Below, piece by piece: positions 50,210 to 61,094 of a stretch of 64,000 bases of DNA (its first letter is position 1; each line of letters begins with the position of its first letter). The stretch lies in assembly GCA_965223845.1 (NCBI GenBank), contig CBDCXR010000004.1, positions 416,001-480,000 on the forward strand, given 5' to 3'. Source of the stretch: Planctomycetota bacterium. Lineage in GTDB: Bacteria; Planctomycetota; UBA8108; SXIK01. Position numbers and translations under genes: made by a program. The notes under the pieces are model-generated. The model saw only the letters and a program-made list of their open reading frames with translations, searched no databases and had not been told where the DNA came from.

Positions 50210-50779
50210 TCACTCGCCGGTCGCCCTTACCGTAAACAGCGGATCTCCGACGTTGACGACGTCCCCCTCGCTCACGTGGATTTCCGCGACGCGACCCGCG
50301 AGATCTGCACGGATCTCGTTCTCCATCTTCATCGCTTCGAGCGTGAGAACGACGTCACCCGTCTCCACGTCGTTCCCCGGAAAACGGAAGAGCGACCCGA
50401 TGATTCCCGTGAGCGGAGCCTTCGTAGTGAGCTCGTCGGTTGACCTCGCCTCCGGCGAAAGCTTGCGGCGCAGGCGATCTCGCTCGGTTTCGACGACCGC
50501 TTCAACGACGCCGTTCGCGACGGCGACGCGTACGGGAGTGTCGGCTGAGCGCGCGACGGGATCGAGGATCGTGGCGACGAGGCCATCTTCCGCCGTGCGT
50601 TCCCCGTTGCCGTTTCTCTGGTCGCGCACGTAGATCTCCCGTCGGTCCTTCGCGGCAAGAAACGGAGGGAGCGCCGTGAGGCAGAACGCCATCGACTCGC
50701 CGTCGATCTCGACGATTGCACGGTCGCCATCGAGCGTGACGACGGCTTCCCGGTCAGTGGTGGTGACGAAGTACTTCAT
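50210..50779 (-). CDS. Biotin carboxyl carrier (biotinyl domain) protein
   Basis: Starts MKYFVT; APLTG, LEAMKMENEI. Confidence 0.9.
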   Translation of the reverse strand: MKYFVTTTDREAVVTLDGDRAIVEIDGESMAFCLTALPPFLAAKDRREIYVRDQRNGNGERTAEDGLVATILDPVARSADTPVRVAVANGVVEAVVETERDRLRRKLSPEARSTDELTTKAPLTGIIGSLFRFPGNDVETGDVVLTLEAMKMENEIRADLAGRVAEIHVSEGDVVNVGDPLFTVRATGE

Positions 50780-52317
50780 GGATAATGCTCGAATTGACCC
50801 GGTTCGATGACCCACGCTGGAAGCGCGGTCTCGCGCTCTTCGCGCGTGCGCCCGGAGGTGAGTCCACCGTTCGCGGCGGCGCGGCGCATCCACGCCGCGG
50901 CAGCGGCGACGCGGGCATACTCCCGAGTCGAGAGTGGCGGTGGGCCGCCGGGGGGGAGCGACTCGAGATACTGGCAGTGCGTGCGGGCGCCGCGAACCGC
51001 GGCATCGTCGAGGAGCCGAAGCCCGAACGCGAGGTTCGTGGCGATTCCGTCGACTCGCGTCTCTCTGAGTGCCAGTCGGAGTCGTGCGAAAGCAGCGTCG
51101 CGGTCGCGGCCGTGCGCGATGATCTTGGCGAGAAGCGAGTCGTAGTGGGGGGTTACGACGGTACCGAGCTCGAGTGCGGTGTCGACGCGGACTCCCGGTC
51201 CGCCCGGCAGGCGAAGACCCTTTACCGTCCCGGTCGACGGGAGCCAACCGCGCGCGGGATCCTCCGCGGTGAGGCGGAACTCGACGGCTGCGCCGCGCGG
51301 CTGGAACCGGACGGCATCGAGGTCGCCGGTCCACTCGGGAAGACGTCGGCCCGCCGCGATTTCGATCTGTGCGGCGACGAGGTCCGTGCCCACGACTTCC
51401 TCGGTGATCGGATGCTCGACCTGAATGCGCGGATTCATTTCGAGAAAGAAGGGAGACCCGTCGGGGGCGACGAGAAACTCGAGCGTTCCCGCGCCGCGGT
51501 AGCGTGCCGCGCTCACAGCTCCAGCCGACGCGCGGAGGAGTCGAGAGCGCACCGCGTTGTCGAGTCGGGCTGCGGGAGTCTCTTCGAGGATTTTCTGGTG
51601 TCGACGCTGGAGCGAACAGTCGCGTTCGGGAAACACCTGAACTCCGCCGCAGCCATCGCCGAGAAACTGAATCTCGATGTGGCGTGCTTCGACGAGGAAC
51701 TTCTCTAGGATCACGTCGCTCGAGGCGAAGGCCTGCTCCGCTTCGTTGCGCGCGGCGCGCCACGCCGGTTCCAGGTCTTCGGCTCGTTCGACGACGCGGA
51801 TCCCCTTACCGCCGCCCCCGCCGGTCGCCTTGAGGAGGAGCGGGAAGCCGATCGATCCCGCGCGAGCGTGGAGCTCGGCCGGAGTCGTCGGTGGTTGGCG
51901 GTCACCGCGGACGGGCGGGACGCCGAGCGCTTCGAGCGCGGTGTACGCGGAGCTCTTGTCGGCGAATTGCTCGAGGGTTTCGGGGCGCGGCCCGAGAAAC
52001 ACGAGCCCCTCGGATTCGACGCGGCGCGCGAACTCGGCGGACTCGGAGAGAAAGCCGTAGCCAGGGTGGATGGCGTCGGCCTCGGCGGCGCGAGCCGCCG
52101 CGAGGAGCGCGTCGATGTTGAGGTAGCTCTCGGCCCCCGTCGCACCACCGATGGCGACCGAGCGATCCGCGAGCCGAACGTGCAGGGCCTCGCGGTCGAC
52201 GTCGGAATAGACGGCGACGGACTCGAGTCCAACCGAACGCACGGCGCGGAGGACGCGCACGGCGATCTCGCTTCGGTTCGCGACGAGAATTCGGTGGATT
52301 GGTGTCGAGTCGGGCAT
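50776..52317 (-). CDS. Biotin carboxylase subunit of acyl-CoA (propionyl-CoA) carboxylase
   Basis: ILVANRSEIA, IHPGYGFLSE, GGGGKG, ERDCSLQRRHQK, EMNPRIQVEH, YDSLLAK. Confidence 0.93.
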   Translation of the reverse strand: MPDSTPIHRILVANRSEIAVRVLRAVRSVGLESVAVYSDVDREALHVRLADRSVAIGGATGAESYLNIDALLAAARAAEADAIHPGYGFLSESAEFARRVESEGLVFLGPRPETLEQFADKSSAYTALEALGVPPVRGDRQPPTTPAELHARAGSIGFPLLLKATGGGGGKGIRVVERAEDLEPAWRAARNEAEQAFASSDVILEKFLVEARHIEIQFLGDGCGGVQVFPERDCSLQRRHQKILEETPAARLDNAVRSRLLRASAGAVSAARYRGAGTLEFLVAPDGSPFFLEMNPRIQVEHPITEEVVGTDLVAAQIEIAAGRRLPEWTGDLDAVRFQPRGAAVEFRLTAEDPARGWLPSTGTVKGLRLPGGPGVRVDTALELGTVVTPHYDSLLAKIIAHGRDRDAAFARLRLALRETRVDGIATNLAFGLRLLDDAAVRGARTHCQYLESLPPGGPPPLSTREYARVAAAAAWMRRAAANGGLTSGRTREERETALPAWVIEPGQFEHYP

Positions 52318-52375
52318 GATCGGTGAGGAAATGAGACGTCCGCGATGGACGCGGGGCGGCGTTCGTCTGAAGGCG

Positions 52376-53953
52376 CTAAAGAGGCATGTTCCCGTGCTTT
52401 TTCGCCGGAATCCCCTGTCGCTTCGTTCTGAGGAGCGCGAGGCACTCGACGAGACGCCGGCGAGTCGTTCGCGGCGCGATGATGTCGTCGACGAAGCCCT
52501 CTTCCGCCGCTCGGAGAGGATTCGCGAAGTGCTCGCGATACTCTTCGACACGCTGCGCTTCGATCTCATCCGGCGCCGGTGAGCTCGCGATCTCCTTCCG
52601 GTGGAGGATTTGCACTGCGCCCTTGGCTCCGAGCACGGCGATTTCGGCCGACGGCCACGCGAAGTTGTAGTCGGCGCGGATGTGCTTCGAGCCCATCACG
52701 TTGTACGCGCCGCCGTAGGCCTTGCGCACGATCACAGTGATCATCGGCACCGTTGCTTCGCAGTAGGCGTATAGGAGCTTCGCGCCGTGACGGATGATGC
52801 CCGCGTGCTCCTGCTGGGTACCGGGAAGGAAGCCCGGGACGTCGACGAAAGTGACGAGCGGGAGATTGAAGCAGTCGCAGAATCGGATGAAGCGCGCTCC
52901 CTTTACGCTGCCGTCGATATCGAGCGTGCCGGCGAGGTGCATCGGTTGATTGGCGACGATGCCGACGGCTTCGCCGGCGACGCGAGCGAATCCCGTCACC
53001 ATGTTTCGCCCGTGGTGACGCTGCACTTCGTAGAAACTGTCCGCGTCGACACAAGCTTCGATCACGCGTGCCATGTCGTAGGGCTTCCCGGCGTCGGGCG
53101 GGACGATCGTGTCGAGCTCGGGGCTCTCGCGGTGCGGAGGGTCGTCGCACGGTTCGACCGGCGATCGCGAGCGGTTGTTGTCGGGGAGGTACGCGAGGAG
53201 CTGCCGGATCCCGTCCATGCAGTCCGCTTCGTTCGGTGCGAGAAAGTGAGCCACTCCACTCGCTTCGTTGTGAACGCGCGCGCCGCCGAGCTCTTCGTGA
53301 TCGACCTCCTCGTGCGTCACGGTTTTCACGACGCTCGGCCCTGTGAGGTACATGTAGCTGGTCCGCTCGACCATGAAGATGAAATCGGTCAGTGCAGGAG
53401 AATAGACCGCACCGCCGGCGCACGGACCGAGCACGGCGGAGATCTGCGGGACGACACCCGAAGCGAGCGTGTTGCGAAGAAAGATTTCCGCGTAGCCGGC
53501 GAGACTCGCAACTCCCTCCTGAATGCGCGCGCCGCCGGAGTCGTTGAGGCCGATGATCGGCGCACCTACGCGCGTCGCGGTGTCGATGGTCTTCAGGATC
53601 TTTCGCGCATTGGCGGATGAAAGGCTGCCACCGTGGACCGTGAAGTCCTGGCTGTAGATGAACACCGTTCGGCCGTCGATGCTCCCGCTTCCCGTAACTA
53701 CGCCGTCTCCTGCGTGCGGCGCCTGCGCGAGGCGGTTCGACGCTGGCCGTGGTGCGACGAGCGCGTCGACTTCGCGGAAGCTTCCCTCGTCGAGCAGAAG
53801 ATGCAGGCGCTCTCGTGCGGTGAGCTTTCCCTTGGCGTGCTGAGCATCGACGCGCGCCTTGCCGCCACCCTCGAGGCTCTGCTGCCGGAGAGCGGCGACG
53901 CGTTCGTCGATGGACGCGGCGGAGATCGGAGTGGTCGAGTGCGGATCACTCAC
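52376..53953 (-). CDS. pccB: Propionyl-CoA carboxylase beta (carboxyltransferase) subunit
   Basis: GTG with GGAGGA SD; [53 protein letters not shown]. Confidence 0.92.
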   Translation of the reverse strand: MSDPHSTTPISAASIDERVAALRQQSLEGGGKARVDAQHAKGKLTARERLHLLLDEGSFREVDALVAPRPASNRLAQAPHAGDGVVTGSGSIDGRTVFIYSQDFTVHGGSLSSANARKILKTIDTATRVGAPIIGLNDSGGARIQEGVASLAGYAEIFLRNTLASGVVPQISAVLGPCAGGAVYSPALTDFIFMVERTSYMYLTGPSVVKTVTHEEVDHEELGGARVHNEASGVAHFLAPNEADCMDGIRQLLAYLPDNNRSRSPVEPCDDPPHRESPELDTIVPPDAGKPYDMARVIEACVDADSFYEVQRHHGRNMVTGFARVAGEAVGIVANQPMHLAGTLDIDGSVKGARFIRFCDCFNLPLVTFVDVPGFLPGTQQEHAGIIRHGAKLLYAYCEATVPMITVIVRKAYGGAYNVMGSKHIRADYNFAWPSAEIAVLGAKGAVQILHRKEIASSPAPDEIEAQRVEEYREHFANPLRAAEEGFVDDIIAPRTTRRRLVECLALLRTKRQGIPAKKHGNMPL

Positions 53954-54392
53954 GAGAGTCCTCCTCTCCGGCGGAATCGCCCTCGCGAATGAACTCGAAG
54001 AGGACGCCGTCGGCGCCGCGCGGGTGAACGAAGAAGACTTCGCTTCCCTCGGCCCCGCGCCGCGGGCTCTCGTCGAGAACGGGGACATCGCGCGCACGTA
54101 GCTCGGCGAGGACTTCGCCGAGGTCGCGCTCGCCGCGTGTGAGCGCGATGTGGTGAACGCCCCGCCGGCCTTTCTTGAGAAAACGTGCGATGGCGCTGTC
54201 CTCGCGCGACGAACCGAGCAGCTCGAGGCGGCAGTTGCCGAGATCGAAGAATGACACTCGAACGCCCTCGGAAGGGACTTCTTCGATAGGTGATGCCGAG
54301 ATGCCGAGAAGAGCCGCGTAACGCTCGCGCGCCGCTTCGAGATCATCGACTGCGATTCCGATGTGCGCGACTGCGACGGCTTCGTCACTCAT
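53946..54392 (-). CDS. mce: Methylmalonyl-CoA epimerase
   Basis: HIGIAV, LELL, GVHHIA, FVHP...GVLFE; operon context. Confidence 0.92.
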   Translation of the reverse strand: MSDEAVAVAHIGIAVDDLEAARERYAALLGISASPIEEVPSEGVRVSFFDLGNCRLELLGSSREDSAIARFLKKGRRGVHHIALTRGERDLGEVLAELRARDVPVLDESPRRGAEGSEVFFVHPRGADGVLFEFIREGDSAGEEDSRE

Positions 54393-54802
54393 CGCTTCAC
54401 CTCCTCGTTCAGGAACTCCACGATCTCACGCATCGTCGACGACGGTCCGAACACGCGGCGCAGACCGGACGCGAGGAGCCGAGGAGTGTCGTCCGGGGGG
54501 ATCGTTCCGCCGCCGAAGAGAACGACGCGGCCCAGATCGATCGACTGTTCGCGCAGCGCTGCTGCTACCGCGGGAAAGAGGCTCAGGTGTGCCCCGGAGA
54601 GATTTGAAACACCGACAGCATCGACGTCTTCCTGCGCGGCGGCGAGCGCGATTCCGGCGGGCGTCGCCCGGAGGCCGGTGTAGATGACTTCCATCCCGGC
54701 GTCGCGGAGCGACTTGATGAGAACTTTGATTCCGCGGTCGTGCCCGTCGAGTCCGGGCTTCGCGAGGAGAACGCGGATGGGGCGAGCGCCGGCCTCGGTC
54801 AT
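54389..54802 (-). CDS. Methylmalonyl-CoA mutase B12-binding subunit
   Basis: [11 protein letters not shown] (DxHxxG), [20 protein letters not shown]. Confidence 0.93.
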   Translation of the reverse strand: MTEAGARPIRVLLAKPGLDGHDRGIKVLIKSLRDAGMEVIYTGLRATPAGIALAAAQEDVDAVGVSNLSGAHLSLFPAVAAALREQSIDLGRVVLFGGGTIPPDDTPRLLASGLRRVFGPSSTMREIVEFLNEEVKR

Positions 54803-56379
54803 TCGCGGTGCTCCCCGAACACGTCCGCGAGGGCACCGGACATTTCGCCGATCGTCCCGCCCGCGTGGGCGCACGCGATGAGAGGAGGGAGGACGTTCTC
54901 GCCCGCACGCGCCGCGCCGACGAGTGCGGTCAACGCGGCTTTCGATTCACCGGCGTTTCGCTTCTCCTTAAAGTGCGTGAGACGCTCGATGCGCTGGTGC
55001 TCGAGGCGCGGATCGACTCTCTCGATCGGGACTTCGCTCGCCGCGCCTTCGGAGCGAAATCGGTTCACGCCGACGACGACGCGTTCGCCGGAGTCGACGG
55101 CGCGGAGATGCCGATAGGCTTCTTCTTCGATGAGCGCCTGCTGGTAGCCTTCCTCGACGGCGCGCACGGCGCCACCGAGGTGATCGATCTCTCGGATGAT
55201 CCTCTCGGCCTCCTCCTCGAGTGCGTCGGTGATGGCTTCGACGGCCGGTGCGCCGCCGAACGGATCGGCGACGTCCGCGAGCCCGGACTCGTAGGCGATG
55301 ATCTGCTGCGTGCGAAGCGCCGTCCGCGCCGACGTCTCGCTCGGAAGGCCGAGCGCTTCGTCCATGCCGTTCGTGTGGAGCGACTGCGTCCCACCGAGAA
55401 CGGCGGCGAGCGCCTGAATCGTCACGCGGACGACGTTGTTCTCCGGTTCGACGGACGTGAGCGTCGAGCCCGCCGTCTGGGTGTGGAACCGCATCCGCGC
55501 GCACGCGGGATCATCGATTCGAAATCGTTCGCGTACGATCTTCGCCCATAGGCGCCGAGCGGCGCGGAACTTTCCGATTTCTTCGAGCAGGTGGTTGTGT
55601 GCGTTCCAGAAGAAGGACACTCGACGCGTCACGGTGGCGAGGTCGAGGCCGCGATCGCGGGCGACGGTCAGGTACTCGATGGCGTTTGCGAGCGTGAAGC
55701 CGACTTCTTGCGGAGCGGTGCAACCGGCCTCACGCATGTGGTAGCCGCTGATGCTGATCGGGTTCCACCGGGGGAGGTTCTCGGCGCAATAGGCGAAGAT
55801 GTCACCGGTCAATCGCAGCGACGGCTGAACCGGCATGCGGTAGGTCCGACGGGCGATGAACTCCTTCAGCATGTCGTTCTGCAGCGTTCCGCGCAGCGCG
55901 CTGAGCGGCGTGCCGCGGCGCTCGGCGACGGTGACGAGAAACGCGAGCAGCATCGCGGCCGTCGAGTTGATCGTCATCGAGATGCTCACCTCCTCGAGCG
56001 GAATTCCCTCGAGGAGCGCCTCCATGTCATCGGCGCAGGAGATCGGCACGCCGACCTTGCCCACCTCGCCCGCGGCGAGAGGATGGTCCGAGTCGTAACC
56101 GATCTGCGTCGGGAGGTCGAAGGCGACGCTGAGGCCCGTCTGCCCCTCGCCGAGAAGAAAGTGGAAGCGCCGATTCGTTTCGCTCGCGTCGCCGAATCCC
56201 GAATACTGACGGAAGGTCCACAGCCGTCCGCGGTACATCGTCTCGTGGATGCCGCGAGTGAACGGATATTCGCCGGGTCGCTCCGCGGGTCGCTCGGCCG
56301 GGTAGACCGGCGCGAGCACAGTGCCGGAGGGCGTCGTGCGTTCGGAGCTCGCCGTGGGTTCAGGGCTGGGGGGGCTCAT
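54799..56379 (-). CDS. Methylmalonyl-CoA mutase substrate-binding subunit
   Basis: [18 protein letters not shown] (Tyr specificity residue), [40 protein letters not shown]. Confidence 0.93.
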   Translation of the reverse strand: MSPPSPEPTASSERTTPSGTVLAPVYPAERPAERPGEYPFTRGIHETMYRGRLWTFRQYSGFGDASETNRRFHFLLGEGQTGLSVAFDLPTQIGYDSDHPLAAGEVGKVGVPISCADDMEALLEGIPLEEVSISMTINSTAAMLLAFLVTVAERRGTPLSALRGTLQNDMLKEFIARRTYRMPVQPSLRLTGDIFAYCAENLPRWNPISISGYHMREAGCTAPQEVGFTLANAIEYLTVARDRGLDLATVTRRVSFFWNAHNHLLEEIGKFRAARRLWAKIVRERFRIDDPACARMRFHTQTAGSTLTSVEPENNVVRVTIQALAAVLGGTQSLHTNGMDEALGLPSETSARTALRTQQIIAYESGLADVADPFGGAPAVEAITDALEEEAERIIREIDHLGGAVRAVEEGYQQALIEEEAYRHLRAVDSGERVVVGVNRFRSEGAASEVPIERVDPRLEHQRIERLTHFKEKRNAGESKAALTALVGAARAGENVLPPLIACAHAGGTIGEMSGALADVFGEHRE

Positions 56380-57145
56380 AGATAACTTCTCCGGCCGTCA
56401 CCGAAACGATGTCCGGCGCGGAACCGTGATCGGTGCGCTCGACGAGGAGCTCGCCGTGCGCGCCTAGGCCCTGCACGACTCCGCGCCAGCCGGCTCGCGC
56501 TTCCGTGCGCACTTCGACGCGGCGCCCGCAGTGGGCGAGATCGGTACCTACCAGTTCCGGTATCGACCGCCCCGAATTGAACTCTTCATAGCGCGGCCAG
56601 AAGTTCTCGAGGATCCGCCGCGCGATCGTCTCGGGGTCGGTCGTTACCGGGCTTCCGGCCGTGACGAGAGACGTCGCGATGGCTTCGATCTCAGGCGGCA
56701 TCTCGGCGCGTCGATCGCCGAAATCGATATTGATCCCGATTCCCATCGCGATCCACGCGTTTTCCGCGTCGCTGCGGACTTCGCCCAAGATGCCCCCGAT
56801 CTTGCGCGACCCGACCTGGAGGTCGTTCGGCCAGTAGAGCTCGACATCGGGCACGCCGATGTGGATGAGCGTGCGTCGCACCGCCGCTCCGGCAACGAGC
56901 GATAATCCCGACCAGACGGCGCGATCGCGCGTCGGGCGGAGGAGCACGGACATCCAGAGTCCCGCGCCGCTCGGGCTCCACCACGATCGGCGGACGCGCC
57001 CGCGGCCGCGCGTTTGCGCTTCGGCGAGGTGCGTCGTTCCTTCGGGCGCACCGGCGGCGCCGGCCTCGAGGATGGTGTCGTTCGTCGACGTGACGACACC
57101 GAGCTGATGAAGTGGGAACTCGGGCTGCACTCGGTCTTCCGGCAT
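56360..57145 (-). CDS. birA: Biotin--[acetyl-CoA carboxylase] ligase (class I, no HTH)
   Basis: STND, QTRGRGR, WPND, RKIGGIL, GIGIN; start MPEDR with GGAGG SD. Confidence 0.9.
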   Translation of the reverse strand: MPEDRVQPEFPLHQLGVVTSTNDTILEAGAAGAPEGTTHLAEAQTRGRGRVRRSWWSPSGAGLWMSVLLRPTRDRAVWSGLSLVAGAAVRRTLIHIGVPDVELYWPNDLQVGSRKIGGILGEVRSDAENAWIAMGIGINIDFGDRRAEMPPEIEAIATSLVTAGSPVTTDPETIARRILENFWPRYEEFNSGRSIPELVGTDLAHCGRRVEVRTEARAGWRGVVQGLGAHGELLVERTDHGSAPDIVSVTAGEVIYEPPQP

Positions 57146-57296
57146 GCATTCCTCCGTGTGCGCCGGTAGGATCGGCCGTGGATTGGACGGCGCGCCTCGT
57201 GGTCGAGGACGGCGACGGCCATCGTACTGCGGGAGGCCGCCGTCGGGACCCTCGCTCCTCGACCTCGCGCGTCGTCCGCGCCCTCGACGCGTTGCC

Positions 57297-57623
57297 ATGA
57301 ACGAACCCGATATGGACACGACCAACGACGATCCGGTCGAAGGAGATCGTCTCCTCACGACGGCGGAGATCTTGTCGGCCTGCGGGATCACGCACCAAGT
57401 TCTCTATCGGTACGAGACCTTGGGCCTCATTCGCGCGGCGGGGCGAAGTCCGAGCGGAAAGCGGCTCTTTCTCCGGCGGGTCGTGGACATGGTCGAGCTC
57501 ATCCAAAGGCTCAACCGATCGGGATACTCGCTGCGCGAGATCAAAGCGATCTACTTCAAGGACGATCGCGTCGCGCGCGCGGCGGGAGAACCCGGGGAGC
57601 CGAAGCGCGACTCTGGCGCCTGA
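57297..57623 (+). CDS. Short MerR-family transcriptional regulator
   Basis: LTTAEI...GIT.QVL.RYE..GLI...RSPSGKRLF...GYSLREIK. Confidence 0.82.
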   Translation: MNEPDMDTTNDDPVEGDRLLTTAEILSACGITHQVLYRYETLGLIRAAGRSPSGKRLFLRRVVDMVELIQRLNRSGYSLREIKAIYFKDDRVARAAGEPGEPKRDSGA

Positions 57624-57705
57624 ACGAGAGTGCGGGGGACATCGCAGGACGCCGCCCCGCGGAGACAGGGCCGAGCTCGAGAACGCAGGGCGGGCCGGAC
57701 GACCG

Positions 57706-57990
57706 TCAGCGCCGAAAGAGCTCCTCCCAAGTCGAGCGGGCGCGACTCACTTTCTCCTCCATCGCGAGGAGGCGCGTGTCGGCCATGCGAAACTCCTCGC
57801 AGTAGTTGAGCGTGTCGCGACTCCCGACGAACGACGTGTGGGGGAGACTACAGTTTCGATTCTGGTGATCGAACCGCTGGCAATTGAGGCAGCAGTGAAG
57901 GTACGCGCCGCACCCCTCGCAGACCTCGCGTGCGCGAGGCTGACTGCCCACGCCGTTCCACCGCGTGCTACAGCGATAGCACTTCTTCAT
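57706..57990 (-). CDS. Small Cys-rich (probable zinc-binding) hypothetical protein
   Basis: CYRC...CEGC...HCCLNC...C...NYCEEF...WEELF; 94 aa. Confidence 0.75.
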   Translation of the reverse strand: MKKCYRCSTRWNGVGSQPRAREVCEGCGAYLHCCLNCQRFDHQNRNCSLPHTSFVGSRDTLNYCEEFRMADTRLLAMEEKVSRARSTWEELFRR

Positions 57991-58388
57991 GGTCTCTTCT
58001 CGCTTCTTTTCGTTCGCGGCGATCGGCTCGCGACGTCTTCCGGAGGGAGGACACCGCGGGCCGGGGTGCCGCACCGGAACTCCTCCGTCCGGGGCGGCGT
58101 GCGCCGGTTCCGTGCTGTTATCGGAAGCTCGCCGAGCGATCGAGGTTCGTTATCGGCGTCCGAAAGATCGAACTCGAACGCTGATTCTCGCGGCGAGGGC
58201 TCCTCAGCTCCTCGCCCTCGATCGAACGGGCGGGCGGATTGTCTCGAATGGGACGTTCGATTGCAACCCGAGAGCGACCCGGGGGCCTCGCTCGTCGGAC
58301 GCGGGCTGAACTCGGAGCAAAGTCGGACGTGCCGAACCGCCGATCGAAGAGCAAGCCGTGCTTCGCGCGGTCGGTCCCGTTTTCCACC

Positions 58389-58416
58389 TTGTGTGGAATC
58401 CTAGGGGCCGTATAAT
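58389..58416 (+). promoter_or_regulatory. sigma70 promoter upstream of the EF-G paralog
   Basis: TTGTGT-N16-TATAAT (perfect -10 box in a high-GC context). Confidence 0.65.
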
Positions 58417-58840
58417 CCGAAGTTTCGTCCCGAGATTGCCTTGTGGTGATCACCCGGTGGCGAATCCCCGGCCGGAGACCAGTCCCTTGGACGGTTCGAA
58501 GCTCTACTCAACGGACCCAGCCCGGAGCCGCCGCGAGTTCGCGGGGGACGCCGGTCTACTGTCCGTCCGGGTTTAGAGCTTCCTCCTCCGACCCCTCTTC
58601 CGCGGCGACGACTCGTCTCGAGCCCGGACTTTCGCTCCTCGCGGCGTCCAGCCCGAGCGGCGGAAAACCCGGAGCGATTCCGAGCTGGTTCGTTCCGGCC
58701 GAGTCCACAGCCGCGGGTCGGCGCACTTCGCCGGCGATATCTTTGCGCGCTAGTTGAACGAGCTCGCCGTGAGTTCCGTCTTAGAAAACAGCGAATCCGA
58801 CCAAGACCGCGGACCTCGTCCGCCAGGGAGCCAGAAGATC

Positions 58841-60937
58841 GTGTCCTCGGTAGCGGCCCAGCCCAAGAAAAAGAACTCCAAGCGTTCACCCCTCGAGAAG
58901 CTTCGCAACATCGGCGTCGTCGCCCACATCGACAGCGGAAAGACGACCGTCACGGAGCGTATGCTCAAGCTCACCGGCCGTATCCACCGGATCGGAGAAG
59001 TCCACGACGGCGAGGCGGAGATGGACTTCATGAAGGAGGAGCAGGAGCGAGGCATCACGATCGGCTCCGCGGTGACGAACTTCGGTTGGGGGGAGACCCG
59101 GATCAATCTGATCGACACTCCGGGACACGTCGACTTCACCGCCGAGGTCGAGAGATCGCTGCGGGTCCTCGACGGCGCCATCCTCGTGATCGACTCGGTG
59201 GCCGGCGCGCAGGCGCAGAGTGAAACGGTCAATCGGCAGATGAATCGCTACGACGTCTGCCGCATCGCATTCGTGAACAAGATGGACCGCGTCGGAGCGA
59301 GCTTCGGTGCAGCCGTCGACTCTCTGCGCACTCGACTCCATCTGCATGCAGAAGCCGTGCAGATTCCGGTCGGGGAAGGCGCGGATTTCTCCGCGACCAT
59401 CGACCTCGTCGCGATGAAGCAGATTTGCTTTCCCGAAAAGTCGGACGACCCCGCGGACTTCGTCGTCCGGGATATCGACGAGTCTGAGCTCGAGCGCGCG
59501 CTCGGGGCGCGCCACAAGCTCCTCGAGACGCTGTCGATGTGGGACGACGAACTGATGGAACTCGTCCTCGAAGAGACGGATCCACCGGTCGAGCTCGTCA
59601 AGCGCGTCATTCGTCGCGCGGTTCTCAGCGAGAAATTCGTTCCGGTCTTCCTCGGTTCGGCTCTGCGCAACCGGGGCGTGCCGGCGCTCCTCGACGCGGT
59701 CGTCGACTACCTCCCGAACCCGCTCGACAAGGGCGCGGTTCAGGGGCGGGATCCGGCGACGGATGAGCCTCGGGCGTACCCACCGGAGCCGGATGCCGAT
59801 CTCGGAGCGCTCGTGTTCAAGACGGTCCACTATTCGACGGGTGACCTTACCTTCGTGCGGGTCTACTCGGGGACGTTCGAGTCGGGCGAAGGACTCTACA
59901 ATCCGCGACTCAAGCGACACGAGCGCATCGGTCGACTGTACCAGGTGCACGCGAAATCGCGCGAGCCCGTCGAGCGGGCGACCGCCGGCGAGATCGTCGC
60001 CTGCATGGGACTCAAGGAGAGCGCGACCGGCGACTCGCTCTGCCGGAAGAAGAATCCGATCGCGTACGGAGCGACGAACTTCGCGCGGCCGGTGATCTCG
60101 ATGGCGATCGAGCCGGTGGCGAGCAGCGATCGCGATAAGCTCGGTCACGTGCTCGGCTTGATCGCGAGGGAGGATCCGACGTTCTTCGTCGCGACCGATC
60201 GCGACACCGGCGAGACCGTCATCTCCGGCATGGGTGAGCTCCACCTCGAGGTGGTCTCGCACCGGATCCGCGACGAGTTCAAGATTGCCGTCGTGACCGG
60301 AAAGCCGCGCGTCGCCTACCGTCAAACGCTTTCGAAGGACGCGAAGTTCGAGACACGCCACGTGAAGCAGACTGGCGGCTCCGGCCAATTCGCGGTCGTG
60401 GTCGCCGAGTTCGAGCCGATCGAAGGCGAAGAGATCGAGTGCACCGACACGATCACGCAAGGGCGCGTGACGAAGGAGTTCCTCGCCGCGTTCGCCCGCG
60501 GAGTGCGCGAGTACTTCGAGGGTGGGGGACAGCGCGGGGCGCAGATCCTCGGCGTTCGCTGTACCGTGATCGACGGTCAGATGCACGACGTCGACTCGAG
60601 CCAGGTCGCGTTCTACGCCTGCGGCGTGCAGGCGGCTCGACGCGCCGAAGAGCTGTGCGCCCCCGTTCTCCTCGAGCCGATCATGGCGGTCGAGGTCTCC
60701 GTTCCCGAAGAGTATCTCGGCGGCGTGCTCGGCGATCTCAACTCGCGTCGAGGTACGGTGCAGAACCTCGTGGACGAGGCTCAGAATCGCGTCGTGCAAG
60801 CGCGCGTCCCGCTCGCCGAGCTCTCCGCGTACTCGACGACGCTTCGCAGCGTGACGAGCGGACGCGGCGACTACTCGATGGAGCCGGCCGGGTATCAGCC
60901 GGTTCCGCCGGCAGTCCTCGCGAAGATGCGGGGCTGA
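58841..60937 (+). CDS. fusA: Elongation factor G paralog (outside the str operon)
   Basis: RNIGVVAHIDSGKTT, ERGITI, DTPGHVDF, NKMD, GMGELHLE, KQTGGSGQF, HDVDSS; start approximate (GTG). Confidence 0.92.
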   Translation: MSSVAAQPKKKNSKRSPLEKLRNIGVVAHIDSGKTTVTERMLKLTGRIHRIGEVHDGEAEMDFMKEEQERGITIGSAVTNFGWGETRINLIDTPGHVDFTAEVERSLRVLDGAILVIDSVAGAQAQSETVNRQMNRYDVCRIAFVNKMDRVGASFGAAVDSLRTRLHLHAEAVQIPVGEGADFSATIDLVAMKQICFPEKSDDPADFVVRDIDESELERALGARHKLLETLSMWDDELMELVLEETDPPVELVKRVIRRAVLSEKFVPVFLGSALRNRGVPALLDAVVDYLPNPLDKGAVQGRDPATDEPRAYPPEPDADLGALVFKTVHYSTGDLTFVRVYSGTFESGEGLYNPRLKRHERIGRLYQVHAKSREPVERATAGEIVACMGLKESATGDSLCRKKNPIAYGATNFARPVISMAIEPVASSDRDKLGHVLGLIAREDPTFFVATDRDTGETVISGMGELHLEVVSHRIRDEFKIAVVTGKPRVAYRQTLSKDAKFETRHVKQTGGSGQFAVVVAEFEPIEGEEIECTDTITQGRVTKEFLAAFARGVREYFEGGGQRGAQILGVRCTVIDGQMHDVDSSQVAFYACGVQAARRAEELCAPVLLEPIMAVEVSVPEEYLGGVLGDLNSRRGTVQNLVDEAQNRVVQARVPLAELSAYSTTLRSVTSGRGDYSMEPAGYQPVPPAVLAKMRG

Positions 60938-61094
60938 TCCGCGTCGTCGTTTGAGCGCCCCCGGTCGCTTGCGATCGCACGCGACTTGCGAGCAACCGAG
61001 GGCGCCGCTTCGAGGCCGGGATCATCGTTCTCGCTCCCGATCTCGCCGCACTGGGTCGTTGACGAGCTCTCGGGCCGGCCCGTACGGTGGCGAT

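Noticed and set aside
57146-57296. Cobalamin riboswitch upstream of the B12-mutase operon
   Set aside because: No B12-box (GCCACTG...GGGAAG) on the minus strand, and the gap is short.
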